A DNA stretch of 64,000 nucleotides. Origin: Raillietiella orientalis. Taxonomy: Eukaryota. The stretch covers positions 930,001-994,000 of the forward strand of contig JAYWIR010000041.1 in the NCBI GenBank assembly GCA_036172245.1. The letters are read 5' to 3'. Position 1 is the first letter of the stretch, and every line of letters starts with the position of its first letter. The position numbers were made by a program, and so were the translations under genes. Positions 14,467-27,779 of the stretch are shown piece by piece. The notes beneath the pieces were generated by a model. It worked only from the letters and a program-made list of their open reading frames with translations. It was not told where the DNA came from and ran no database searches.

Positions 14467-16056
14467 TCAATTCAAATGCAACTGGAACATCAGTGTGACA
14501 GGGCTGGTCACATCAGCAACTGCTAAATGGTCTTCATCCATCAGACCTAGCTCTACAACAAGTATCATACTTAGTCTCAACACTGAAAACCATCTCACCT
14601 GACAAAGTCTTTCTCAAATTGATACGTGTCATCTCCTCAATGCATGCCGGAGATTGCATGTATAATGTTTTACTCTTTCCTTGAATCATAGCTGTGAGAC
14701 CTGGATTTTTCATCTGATAAGGGGCTTTACACAGATAATCAATGACATCCTGCAGCTTGTCCTTTTTATTAAAATGTAGCTGCTGTGGCACTTGGCTACA
14801 GGCTAAACAATCTGGCTTGCGTTCAGCTTCAAAAGTATATGTATAGACACCATCAGCATTGTTAAACACCATATAATTGTTAAGTGGCTGATAACAACTT
14901 GTAGCCAATTTGAATACTTCTGTAGCACAGGCAGCTGCAATAATGGCATTAGTGGATGACACAGCTGGGATGATATGTTTTATGACTCCCTGAGTTAATC
15001 TAAGTGTTACACCTTGGATGCCTGTGAGGTGATATACATTATTCCCTAGTATGATAGCTAATGATGTAGCTCACCTGCTTGATTGGCTTTTTCCTGAGCC
15101 TTTTCAAAGATCCACTGAATATGCTGTATATCATCACCATCAATAGGTACATCGTCTCCAAAAGGGCTTTCCTTTTGCCACAGTAGTAATCGGACATACT
15201 CAATGCAATGTTCTGGCAATCTTGGAGTATGAGCAATGGTGCACAAAGGATATGTAATCTACAGAATTGGAATGATAACTGTGAATCAATCCTACTTGAG
15301 GAGGGAACAAATTCAGAGTACACTCTATGCATGCTGTGATTCCAGGTAGGATCACCCTGACATTTCCCTTGAAACCTTCTGTTCCACCATCTACCAGGGG
15401 AATCACAGAACTCTGGTCTAGCATGCCATCTTCATAATTCAAAAGTGATAACAGCATTCCATTGATCCACCTTCTGGCAATAATGGAATCTAAGCCACAC
15501 ACAACAATATGGAACTGACGATAAAAAGCTTCATCTAAATCCTGAATCTTCTGAAAATGTCTAAAGGAAGTTAAGAGACAAACAATTATCACTAGAAAAC
15601 AAAAACAAAACTATTCCTGCTAAACATTTGACTACAATACCCCTAGGCATTTGTTTCTTAGCAGGAAGTAACATCATGACTAGCAATTATTGAAGCAAAA
15701 TGAAGGAAAGGATACGGTGTTACTTGACATCCAGGGATCTTACTATTGATGTATGAAGCACTGACTTCTGCCTTTGATTTTCCAATATCCTTTGAGCGAA
15801 ATAGAAACTGCCTGTTGAGATTGGATATATCAATAATGTCCATATCAATAACATCAATGTTTCGGAAGCCCATCAGTGCTAAATCTTTCAATAGTTCACA
15901 ACCTAAACCACCAGCACCCACAACCAAAACTTTGCATCCATTCAAAATGAAATCAATAGCACTGCCAGTAGGATCAAAATCAGGATGTGCAAAAGGCCCT
16001 GTTCTTTTGAGAATCTTCTCAAGATTATGCCATCTTCCTTGCCAGTCTTCTGACAT
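14467..16056 (-). CDS. UBA3: NEDD8-activating enzyme E1 catalytic subunit (5 coding exons, 432 aa)
   Basis: Exons 16056-15716, 15560-15296, 15258-15075, 15021-14599 and 14552-14467 sum to 1299 nt and join in frame at GT-AG boundaries. Motifs: [19 protein letters not shown] (nucleotide binding), [41 protein letters not shown], catalytic Cys in [31 protein letters not shown], and C-terminal [32 protein letters not shown]. All are colinear with animal UBA3 as I recall it. An extra upstream exon cannot be excluded. Confidence 0.96.
14553..14598 (-). other. 46-nt GT-AG intron in UBA3
   Basis: GTGAGA...TTGTAG. Removal gives [20 protein letters not shown], matching the UBA3 C-terminus. Confidence 0.9.
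15022..15074 (-). other. 53-nt GT-AG intron in UBA3
   Basis: GTGAGC...CTCACAG. Removal gives [17 protein letters not shown]. Confidence 0.9.
15259..15295 (-). other. 37-nt GT-AG intron in UBA3
   Basis: GTAGGATTGATTCACAGTTATCATTCCAATTCTGTAG. Removal restores frame: [12 protein letters not shown]. Confidence 0.88.
15561..15715 (-). other. U12-type (minor spliceosome) GT-AG intron in UBA3, 155 nt
   Basis: 5' splice site GTATCCTTT, branch site TCTCTTAAC ending 9 nt before the exon, 3' end TTCCTTTAG. Splicing restores VTP|HFQKIQD. Confidence 0.92.
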
Positions 16057-19000
16057 TTCACAGTTTGAAAAGCTAATGTTTGCTATATTTTTTTAGAGTT
16101 CATTCAGTGTACTGCCTTTTGCACTTTTAAAGGGGCTGCACATAATGGAAATTAAGATCAATGCAGTACTCATCCATTAAATCTGAAATATCTTAATAAA
16201 CCCAGAATGAACAATACAATACATTTACCCATATGGGTATTTCTGTGAACAGTTATACAACCCCAATAAATCAACACAACAAACACAATTAACACACAAT
16301 GCAGAAAATTTTGGTTTTCTTTAGAAAGTTGTGTGTAAGCATCTTACGCCCTTTTCACACGCAAACATAAGCAAAGTTTCTGTATTTGTTTTATTTTTCT
16401 TACATTCATAGCAAGATTATGAGTTTACAATCCCCGGATCATTGTACATGGAATCATAAGTACGCACATACGGTTTGGTTGCTGCAAAATTTAATCGGCA
16501 CTTTCTTATCCAGGTCATTATTTGGGTGAATGCTTGGATTGAAGCTGACTGCCTTTTGCAGTGCCATACTTAGGATGTGTGTATCTAAACAATGTTCTTA
16601 CACACGTACCTTTTCAGGTGAAATAATATTCCTAAATTTTAGCGTTAATGCAACAGTAAGCATTCGAATCTTTGAAAGCACATCAAGCATTTTTAAAATT
16701 AGCAAGGCTTTGGAGAGACACTGTATTTCGAAACGGCGGCTAGCCGAAAGCAAATCATTGCAAACGTTTCGGTGGCCATGTATTAATGAAAGGGTATGCA
16801 GACTTGAAATTTTTGTAAAGTACCTCATTGCCTAACGTTACAAAACGAACCCACCACAACGGTCAGCACACAATGAAAGAGATCCCCTGTCCTTTCATGT
16901 TATGTTGCAAGCCTGCTTCCCACGAGCACACCATGAATCTCAGATTGCTCTCCCAATGTGCACCTGCAGTGCCCATGAAGAAGAGGGGAAAAAAAAAAAT
17001 ATCGACGGTTCTTTTATTGTTTTTTAAGAGTTTTTTAAAAAATCAAGTGTCCTTTACTTCAGCGTATGTTTTCACGGGGAGGGGAGTAAAGAAGAACAAA
17101 AACAACAACAAAAAAAAAAAAAAGGAAGTGGGAAAACGAGCTTCTTTGTATGTACTCTGTAAAAGGAATCCCTGTTCAACACAGATGCATCATTCAATAT
17201 TCAGAGATTGAAAACCTCTGCTGGTCAGGAGGAGTTACTGCCAGGAAAACGTGAACTTCTGCCCGTTGGCTTTTCCCAAAGGACTATGATGAAGTGAACT
17301 TTATCATACACCCTGATCAAGGTGACGAACAAGTATTTTGTCATAGAAGTGTTAGGAAGCACGTAGGAAAAGAAATTTTTTTTTTCTACTGCTCCTAATG
17401 ATGAAGGAAAGTGTGAAATTACGATTCTTCGACAAGCGATATCCCAATAATTACATCGCAATAACAAGCAGGGAAAGCAAATTGGTGGTCACTTCCTTTG
17501 CAGCATCAACGAATGAAAAGGTAATTAGAAGTTATCTTGGAAAGACAGAATAATTCCCAAGGTCGTATGCTCCACCTAATGCAAAGTTCAAAAGAGTGAT
17601 GCTGGAACCGAGTCTCGTGGATGATGGAATAACCCGCAGATGAAATTGGTTTGCAATTGAAGCCTAAATAATTGTGAGTTACCGGGAAAGGAAGCCAATT
17701 TTAGGACGCCTTTTCTGTAAGGAACAATTATCTGAATCCGTGCAATACAGTAATTTGTTTCTTTCTTTATTAAAGCTCTATGTATCGACTGACGAGAAAC
17801 ACTTGCATCTCCGCCTAGTGGCGTCTTCCTCAGCCGCAGAGTGAGAAGTTAATTGCTTCCACAGAGTATCTCAATTGCTTTTGAATATCCTTATACTATT
17901 TAGGATGGAAATTCACCGGGAAATGAACCTCAGTTAGCAAATGTTAATCACATGTGCTGAAAGCAGCAAAGAAGAAAAATTCCACCGGTGTGGGAGGGAA
18001 CATCTCTGAACCTATAAGATCATATCACTTTTGAGAGAGGGATTCTTCTTGGAAAAGGAAACGTCGCGAATCAGGATGAGATGGTAAGTGCAGCTGATTC
18101 TCTATGTGCTGTCGGTTTTCAGTTTTCCTGGATAAGAGAGTTGCAGTTCGGCATAAAGTGTTTGTTTCTATAACCACAGCTGGGCGAGGCACAGGAAGAA
18201 AGGCAAGGCAACCAAAGTCTGGTAGTGACAAGTTAGTAACGTTCAACTAGAAAGAGAAAAAAATGGAAGTTGGATAAAGTATTCCACGATAAATAAGGAA
18301 TCGATAAGGGATCCATATGTTACACAAATGCAAATAATCGTTTTCCCAGTGCTCACATTTCCATTTATTTTTTGTTTTGTCGCATCGTAGATGTATTGTT
18401 TGTGGATGATTAAACGTCCTCGGATCCCACACGGAACAAATCAGGCAAGAAGTAAGGGGGAAACGGAATGATCCAAATATTGCACTGAATCTTGGACTAA
18501 TAATTTCCAATAAACCTCGAAACCAACTAGGTCATGTGACATCACATGTTTTGATGAGTGCATTAAGCTCTTCAGAGTGGTTTAAAAATGGCTTTTCCTG
18601 TTGATGTGGGAAAACATGAACACAATATTTTGAAAGAACAGGAAAAAATGTACTCAGCTTTTGAATTTACTCGTTAGAAACATTGTGCTTGGATGGGAAA
18701 GCATCTAATTTTTTATTGCTCTACCTTGTACATTTTTTTTTTTTTTTAATAAATATTTCAAAATGTGACACAAAACAGAATTTTTTTCAAGATTCCCACT
18801 AAACATATTAATGCTTACATTCGGTCTATTAAACCATGGATAATGGTTGGTATCCATTTAAGTGACAGTCTTGATGGTGACATGAATAATCGACAAATTA
18901 TAAAAGTTAACTTGTCTTAAGTTGTTCCTGGAAAAATGAAAAGCACTGTTTAAGAGTGTAAAGTCTCATGAAGCTATCATCTGAGCTAGTCATTAAGCAA

Positions 19001-21665
19001 ATCCAATGATTAACAAATCAGAAATGTAAAAAAAATAAATAAATCTTTGATACAAAAATCATCCCCAAATCTCTTCTTTTTCTTAGAACTAGTATTCCCA
19101 TTTTAACTTTCTGTTCAAAATTCAGAGGAAGATTGTTAGGAACAGCAAATGAAACGCACATTTTAGTTGTTGATTAGTGGAATCACATCTTTCTATATGA
19201 ATCACACATACTGTTCATCAGTCCGAAGAAATATCCTAAGAAACAGAACCAAACAAAGCAAATATTTAAACCAGAATGTGATGTTGTTGCTCTTATACAT
19301 GGTTTCGTAAAAGGCTTAAGCAACACGGAAGGATTTTGGACAACTTTCTCGAAGGCTGAAGTGCAGAATGCTGGTCCAAAATAGTTTATATATCCGTTCA
19401 GGACTGGAATCTTGCACTTCTGATTTCGACAAGCATTTACTTTTATTGAGTCACACATACCTTCTATAAACTGCAGATAGTTGACAATAGAATTTTGTGC
19501 AGAGATGTTTTTTTTTAAATTTTGCTTCTGCATCTAGAAATCAGATTAGAGATGCTTTTCATTCAGCAATCACAGCGATCCATGAAAGAACTGCTTCGAA
19601 GTTGCAGCTAGTTACAGTTTTGAGATACATTCTTGCAAATTGCAAACGTCTTTAATAATTTTTCCTAAGTAACTGTGCTAGAAGTAATTCATATGATCAT
19701 TGCAATTAGGAATACAGCTTTGAACAACTCTCGTTCCTTGCTTTGGAGTGGTAAGGGGAATCTTCTTTCAGTTTTACCAGTTGAGGGTCTTTCGCCAAAG
19801 TCATTCTCTCGATGCTCTCTATTTCCTGTATCACTGCTGTTGATCCTGGATTCTTGGCCTCATGTGCGTTTGTCGTATCAGCGTCGGAGATCATTGAGTT
19901 CCCAATGAAGCAGCATCGCACCCTCCGATGGCAGTTTCCTTCCTCAGGAGATTTCCATAATATTCTTGCCTAGCACTCACCTTCCGTTCCAAATGGTATG
20001 TCTCTTTACTAAAGCACACCAGGTGCATCTCAACGAGCAGATAAAAAGGAGCTTCACCCCCCATCTTATGTTGCGACTACTTGGGGTTTCGACTGTGTTT
20101 CCCGGACAAACCTATCATTCACCTAGCGAACTTTCAGTCTTTACATGGTGTTTGACAAGTGGAGATGAGGCACAGCTTGTTCCCTGCAAGTTACCCAGAG
20201 CTGTTCAGATTAGCTTATAATGGATTTCCAGTCCTGAGCTTCAGTTTGGTGCCACACCGGAGACTGTCGTGTTAAATTATGAAAGTCCATCGAAGTTGTC
20301 GGGTGGCTTATTCTCGATGACATCCCGATGGCGGCTGGCAATCTTAATCCTTGAACAGTCAGTGTTGTCTTCGCTTCCCCGAAAGCTTCGTTGGTAAGAT
20401 TAGCGTGTTCAATGGATTATGCTGCCTCAGCTCGCTCCAATGATTTTCCTAGATCTGATGAGAGCATCATCATCTCTGAGCACCCCTTTTGATGTTCGCA
20501 GGCAATGGGACTGCCCCAGAAAGCTCCATACCACTACCGATGTTCAGGTGAATGGCGTTTGGCTCAGCACTCGGCGATGGACAGTGACTGCAAAAGGAAG
20601 GCTTCTTTCTTGCTAATTCCTCTTCTTACTTGTTCTAAAATCTAGGTGATCCTCAAGTGAAATCCGTGGTTCAGTCTTTGTTTCTTTTCCCGGACGGGAT
20701 TTACGCTGCCATGAATGTCATAAGACAATCCAATATGAGCAATTTGATGCCGATTCTTCGAAGGGTAAGATTATCGGTGAGCCATCTGCTTCTGTCTGTG
20801 CTGTCTGTAGGGCAGGCATTAGGGATCTTGAGTAACTCGCTAGTTATCAGTGTCTTCTGTGAGCTGCTCACTGTCATTCTACTTCGTTTCCTCTCCGTAG
20901 GCAGTAGGTTTCTTGATCCTGTTGTCTTATGGCAGGTTCATAAGGCCTTCCATCACCGTGCCTCTTCCGCCATTGGGTTTAGATCCAAGGAATGGATTTT
21001 TCGGATCTTGTTCCACTGTTTATACAACACTGCTCACATCCTCAGGAGCAGCTCACCGCAAAGACTCGCTCTTACCCTGAAAGAAAAGTCGGATGGATAG
21101 TGCTTGACAGCTCCTCTTTTACCGATCTGCACACATCTCTGTCAACTTCGAGGTTCATGTGGAGGAATTAGATAAGAACCGAAATGCTTGATGTTATTCT
21201 TGGGAGCCTATTACTTGAGCTCTCTAATTCCTGTGTTTCCCCCCCCATCAGAAGTTCGAACTTCTAAGGGTTTTGATTTCTTGTAGACTAAGACCTAATT
21301 CCATCAGCATGATTCACACTTCGTTGTTTAAATCATGTTGACATAGGGGAGGAATGGAGAGTATAAACAAATGAAAGGGGAGAATTTCCACCCTATTCTG
21401 CATTCAGCTGTTTTCTCCAACTCACCACGAGGGAGAGCCAGTATGACAAAGCTATATTCTTGAACGTGCTTTAAGTACGGCTGGTGACCCATCCCATGTC
21501 CCAGTGGGTATCCGAGTTTTTTTAAAGCTCATGAGGACTACAGAGTGGTGCTAGGTGAGAGTTTCATACATTACCAGGAAGAGGAAACCTTCCGCATCCT
21601 TGATGCTTTTCTCAAGCAAGAACCGCCGTCTGTTTGAGGAAACCATCTCCACCTTGGGATGCAGA

Positions 21666-22344
21666 CAGAGATGTGGATCGTCCCAGTCGGATGGGTGACC
21701 TACGACTGTCTCTTGGGGATCTTTGCTTCTCTGCGCATCTCGCCGATCGTCGACATCCCAGGGTCATATGCGACGACGAGTGCCGTCGCCGTTACGGGCG
21801 TTGTCCGCCCACTTTTCCAAAGCAGATCGGATAGAGGGTGTTGCTGAATTCACCATGCTCGTGCCAGTCACCGTCACCCTTCCCCTCCCTTCGCTCTCGA
21901 ATTCCGCCTCGAATGCGTTGTTGTTCCTCCGGTGGCGGGCCGTCCACTCCAGACCTTCCGGGCTAGTCCCCCTGGTCGGCGACGACAGAGCGCCGCGTCC
22001 TCCAGCGACCGTGACTACGTTGTTCGAGCGATCAGGGGTTGCGTCCTGGAGCGCCTCCTCGCTTGCGTGCGATCGGCGCCATCGCTGGCGTCCTCACGGT
22101 CGTCCAACTCGACCGAACCGCTCCCAGAGGTGCGAATCGTTGGCCTTCCTCCGCCGAGCGGAAAGTCCTTCGCATTGCGATGGACCCGGGAGTTCCGCGA
22201 CGACGGGTGCTCAGGCAACCGTCCGGCTCGGGTGACTGGCGAGCCCGAATTCGTCCCGAGCTCGGGGTCTCCGAAGGAAGTCAGCAATGCCTTCTCTCCC
22301 GCAGCCGCACCTATCTCCTTTTTTCACGGAGGATGGGAGGCCGT
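21666..22344 (+). repeat. Left arm of a 679-bp near-perfect inverted repeat (TE-derived)
   Basis: Reverse complement of 39400-40078 with no indel (coordinates sum to 61744 throughout). ORF-track translations 21723-22235 and 39509-40021 are identical. I noticed one substitution by eye. Confidence 0.95.
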
Positions 22345-22362
22345 AATCGTGAGTCGGGTGCC

Positions 22363-22630
22363 AGCCAACAAGTGGCAGGGGGAGCGGTGACCCTCCATCG
22401 AAGCAGAGATCCTAATCTCCACCGAGGATCGGAATATCATTTCCGGGTGCTGCGGAGGCAGATACACCTGCAGATGTGGTTCTTGCAAGCAAAACAATCA
22501 CTGGATGGAGCCTTGGGTGCAGGAGGTGGCGGAAGGAGGGGGGGAAGAAACGCATCGCACTCTGTACTTTGATGGACAGTTGGAAGGAACAGATGGGGAG
22601 GGGGTCCAAAGTCATGAGATTTGGTGAGCA
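22363..22630 (-). mobile_element. Decayed LINE APE-endonuclease-like fragment, diverged inverted paralog of ~38400-38682
   Basis: NDIPILGGD resembles the ILGGDFN motif. The nucleotide similarity to the reverse complement of 38400-38682 is clear but imperfect. Confidence 0.55.
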
Positions 22631-25600
22631 AGTCTCGAGAGGCCAACCTGTTCCTCGCCAGAACATGGCTGGAGCTGGAGCAGCGGGTTGCGGCTAGGGA
22701 TATCTAGCATCCTCCGACGGCTAAGGACGGAATGGCCAGCAGGAAGCCAACATGCCCACACACCTCACAGACGCAATCAGTTCGCAGAAAGCATTTCCCT
22801 GAGCCCACAAAAATTGTCTTCAGGTGCTCCTGGAGTGTGTTGGGTTCCCGACGTCTTCCTGTCCATGTGCACTCCAGCCGGCGCCATGCGCTAATAGACT
22901 TGCATTTCTGCGGCCAGCACGAGCTGAAGCGCACTATGGAGTGGCAGTCTGACCGGTCATAAGGCAAGGAGACAGCCTCGTCTCCCTGCTCCGCACTCTC
23001 CGCAGGTCATCGCGTTCCAGCAGCAGATGCGTGGAAGTTCCCATTTTTCTGCAGCTGGCGCAGCTCGTGGAGGCGCTCTCCCTCGTCCAAGGATGCCGCC
23101 GTTGGTTTCATAGGAAGCTCCAGCGCATGAATTGTTGTGCTATGTGAGGAAGTGCACGGAACTGTCCAGATCACAATCTCTAATGGCGGAATCTTCAATG
23201 CCCATGTGAGCAGTGTTTTAGTACGGCCACTGGGTGTCTTCGCTTCAGCTGACTGACCCGTCTTCCCCTGGTCTACCAGTTCCGTGTCCTTGGCTGCGGG
23301 GCACTAGATCACCTACCCTACCGGCTGGCAACTGTCTCTTCCCTCCCGCAAGGAGGACAGTGCTGCGGCTAGGCAGATTGCAGTGGCCCGGACCCACTTC
23401 CCGTCCCTTTTTCCCGTGAATCCTGGAGTGTAGCCTCTGAAGGATTTGTGGTCCCTCCCCATTGCCTGGACACTTCTGTGTTCCCGCTATCCTGGAAACA
23501 GGCCGTACTGCTTTTCCTCCACTGGGGATTCCAGTGCAACGAGCGGCAGCACCCTCGCTTCCGGGCACGTGATGCGGGTCCAGATGCGCCCACTGCTTCC
23601 TGTCTCCAAGCCCTGTAGTTTGCAGACGAGCAGGAGATCCACTGATCTTTTCACAGGGCAGCGATATGCCTCAGCAGGAACGTCAGCACCTCCATGCAGT
23701 CTCGGCTGCGAGGTGGCCACGACTCCATCGCCTCGCAACCGAACCGCAAGCCTCAGGATTTCGCACGCAGGCAGAGACACCGATGCCGCATCCAGGTCTC
23801 GGCCATCATCTCAAAGCAGTGCTGTGCCCCCATCTCGTTTAACGTCAGAATGACGAGTCCTTCGTGGTGCAACGAGGTCTTTGAGGCGAACCTTCGGCCA
23901 TGTGGAACCCCGCAGTGCTTTCCGCAGGTGGCCGCCCGTCTTGAACCTCGCCTCTGATGACGAAAGCGAAACAAAAAGAAGGGTCCGGAGGAGGGAGGTA
24001 CAAGGAAGACGTTCGAAATAGAGGTCCGTTCAAACAAGCAAAACTTGAAGCATGCCTTCCAGTTGGCCACTACTACCGCGGCGACATCCCGCGGTAGCAC
24101 TGGCTAATGGGTACCTCCTGAAACGGCAGAGATGTGGGTGTACATCGTTCATGGCTACAAGCCTGCGCTATCCTACAAAGTAGTCCATCTTCTTTTGAAA
24201 TGGACGATCCGGGAGCTCAGAAGGGAGGGAGCTCGAGAGGGTCAGTGGGGGTGAGGGTGAACCGGAGTCCCTCACCAGTACACTTGGCGGGAAGTACGGT
24301 CGGGGAGTGACCTGCAAGAATGCAGAACTGACCCAACGTTTTCTCCGCATACCTCTCAGCATCGGGGAACGGAGGATCGTTCTTTTGTCCTCCGCTTGAA
24401 GGGCATTTCGTCGGGTGTATCGGACCGCGACGTGATTGCCGCGCTGCGCGAACACGCTACCGCGCACACTCTCCGGAGGAAAAACAACCCCCTCAGGGAC
24501 TTCGCCTTCGTCAACAGCGGGCTGGCTGCGGCAGGTCCTCCGGTCGAGAAGGGGAAAATCTGGAACTGGCGACCAGCGGCAACACTGTCGATCGCTGTTT
24601 TCTGGGACAGCCCATTCGGATTTGCCTTGGGCTGCAAGGTGCTTGGACGAACTCGAGTGGTCGCGGCTGCAAGCAGCTCGAGCGCACCGAAGGCGCGCAT
24701 GCTCGGCGCCAGGGGAAGAGAAATCTGGCTCCGCCCCAAAAAGAGGAACCACCTGAATTTCGGGCACCTCCTCTTACGAACCCGCGACCCACAGAGTCAC
24801 CTCCGCTCGAAGAGGAGGAGCCGCTTCCGCATCGAAGATTTCTCTAAGAGAGAGACTCCCGGGGAGACCAGTAATGAGAACGGTGCTTCCTAGGCAACGG
24901 TGTTCAAGGAGACGGAGAGTAAACGTCGTCGTGACCGATAGCGGGAGCGTGCGAAGCCAAGGAGGCGTTAAACTCGACTCGCACGGAATAATCGTGTGGA
25001 GCGCACCATGATGCTTCGGCCCTGCGGTAGTTCTGGGTCATCTGAAAATAGTGCGATAATGTCTCCGCTAGCCGCTGACCTCCACGACGCGGAGGAATAG
25101 GGTGCCACCGCGAGGAAGCGTTGCCTTCGGCATCCCTCGGGCACCCTCAGGCTTGCTTGTTTCAGACCCCGAGACGGAGACCGAATGGAGTGCGGCCGAA
25201 GGCGATGCTCCATCGTACGCGCGAGGGCGGAAGCCCAAGTCACGAAGACGGGAAGCGGCCGAGGTGACGGGGCGGGAAAAGAGCATGGTCATTGCCTCGA
25301 ACGACACCACCTCCAGCGGTGAGTGCAAGACAGCAGGGAAAGGTAGGAGTCCATGCCTGTCCCTCTGCGTCCACGCCCCGACCGCCAGAGTCCGATGCGA
25401 GTTCCCCCTCCTTAACTTCGCAGTCGCAACGCGCAACTTGCCTCCTCCCGTCGCTTGCGCGTCCCCTGTTGGAATGTCCACCGTCGGTGCATGACGACGA
25501 GAAGGGGTGTGCAGTGGTGGAAACCCTGCGCTCTTTCGATCTCGCTCTGATTCAGGAGATACGCGGAGTCTTCCAGAAGGAAGTCGAGATCAAACGAGGG

Positions 25601-26635
25601 CAAGGAGGAGGGCACACGGTCAAAATGGGAACGCGCGGGGTGGCCTTAGTTTCGAAGACAACCGTGCAGTGTGCTGTACGCGAGGCGCCCTTCGAAGAGG
25701 AAGGTGGCGTGGAGCAAAATTCCACTGAAGTAGTCCAACTCCATGGACCTCGTGCTTACAACATCTACGCGTCCAGCGTCAGGCTGCACTACGGCTCCAC
25801 ATCGCAGTTCTTCGGCGACCTCGGGCCTCCAGTGACTGAACTCCGTGACCCTAAGGGTCACCTGTTAGCAGGCGAGTTCGACGTCCTCCTGCTGTCCGTT
25901 GACAAGCGAGTTCAGGTGCATTGCATTTAGTCAGCGAGTTGTGTGCATCCGTACATGCATGCAACTTGTTCACCGACGAACCAGGAATACAGGCGTGCAT
26001 CGACCGCTCCTTCCTCGACGAACACCTGTGTTGTCGGATGAGTAGGCGAGGAAGGGTGGCGTCGGTTCTCTCGGACCATCCCAGGCTCGGGCTAGAGCTG
26101 TGACCTCCAGGTAAGGGGCTCCTTTAAATATGCAGAGGGTGCCTGGGGATTAGATGAGCCTCTTGGAGGCGGTGGAGCTACTGCGTTGCCTCCTTCATGG
26201 CTTCGCCACTTACAGACTGAAGGCCTGTTTAAGGTCTCGGTCCGAGACTTTTGGTGAGACTTTTGGCCAACAATTTGACCCTCCTTATGGGTGGATTCGA
26301 GGGGGTGCGCGTAATTGCTGGGCCTTTTTGCAGCCGAGCACCCTCTGCCGATACGCCGACATGAGGAGGTTGGCCGAATTCAAGGCCGGAGACGAGCGCC
26401 AAATCTGGCAATCCGGGGTGACTTGCCTGGTGGACAGCCACGGTCTGGAGTGCTCAAACCCCCACCTACATCGCGTGTGTTACTTCTTTTTTTACGCGAA
26501 AACACCGGTTGAATTCAGCTCCGCTCAGAGATTGCTGGAGAACTGCAACGAGGAAGAGGAAAGAGGCTCCTCGAAGAGCCATCCTGGAGAAAAGTTCCTC
26601 TAGAGCTCTCCTGGTACAAAGACTTACTGCCGATC

Positions 26636-27028
26636 TGGTTTTTACCCGGTTACGCCAACATTTTATTTTAAAAAAGAAAACTATAAGTTAGAGGGAAAAA
26701 GAATCCTTCAAAAACAAGAAATGCCCCCCAAAAAATCAATTAGGTTAATAACTGGCACACAGGCCGGCTTCCAAAAAGTAGGCAACAGAGGGGGAGGGCA
26801 ATAAATAAATAAAAAAAAACGGGTAGGGACAGGGGTCTCTGGTTAAAGACGTTCCTTTCTCTCTAAATGGTGACGATCTCCTTGGAGACTTTTTCTGGAA
26901 GATAAGGCCACATTGCTGCTATCTTCATCAGGGCTGCTGCTGCCATGCTGGTTGCCTCTATTCGCCGCGAACGTGACTCCAACACACGGAGGGCTGTCAC
27001 TATGGGGTGGAGGCAACAGATCGTTGCA
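26636..27028 (-). mobile_element. Nested 3' fragment of the L1/Tx1-like family
   Basis: Reverse complement aligns by eye with 37760-38188 (IATICCLHPIVTALRVLESR vs IATACCIGAIVTAYHALESR, plus the T-rich 3' UTR) and ends in ACCGGGTAAAAACC. Confidence 0.75.
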
Positions 27029-27779
27029 ATCCGGGAGAGAGGCAAGGTGCCTGCCTCCTTCCAGTCAGATCGAGTATGTCTCCTTCCGAAAGGAGATTTG
27101 CCTAACTTGGGCAATTGGCGTCCGATCACTTTGGTGAACGCGGTCGTCAAGCTGTTTTCCAGGAAGTGGACAGAGCAGTTGGGACAGATGGCCGACTCCT
27201 TCATGAGCCCAGAGCAGCTTTTGCTGTTCCAGGCGTAAGTGTCGAGCCCAAACTGCTCTTCACGTAGAACTGGATTGCAACAGAGGGTTGCAGAGGAGTC
27301 CTGCAGGGACAAGAACTTCTGGAAGGACTGTGGGAACAGTACTCGCAGGCAAGCGGGATCCAGGTGCTTTGGCTATCGCAGTCCATCCGCAATTTGCTGC
27401 GTGATCCACGAACTCTTTCTGGAACTCCTGCAACGCCCAGACTTCCACTCCTGCTTGCTCGAGTTCTTGCACTTTGGCGCGATGCTCCGATAAATGTCAG
27501 TTTCAGCGATTGCCACGCTTGCGGCGTGCCAGTCTGCCGAGAAAAAGGAAAGGTAACAGCCTGAACCCTATCTTCAGCACCTACTTCGAATCAGTGTTAA
27601 GCCGGTACAGGTCAACAACGGCCACCCTGCCGACGTCCTGTCCGTGAACGTCGTCCGTGGCAACCTACGCCGGCGACCTGCTTCTCCTGTTGCCCAGTCC
27701 ACTCAGGCTGCTAAGCTCGAGGAATTCTTCTAGCTGATCAGCCGGGAAACTGACTCGTGTTTCAACAGAATGAAGCCCA

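Noticed and set aside
17808..17824. CTCF-like motif CTCCGCCTAGTGGCG upstream of UBA3
   Set aside because: A single partial match is expected by chance.
19700..21110. Coding-like minus-strand tract
   Set aside because: Frequent stops and no identifiable family. It may be a pseudogene, but I cannot support a call.
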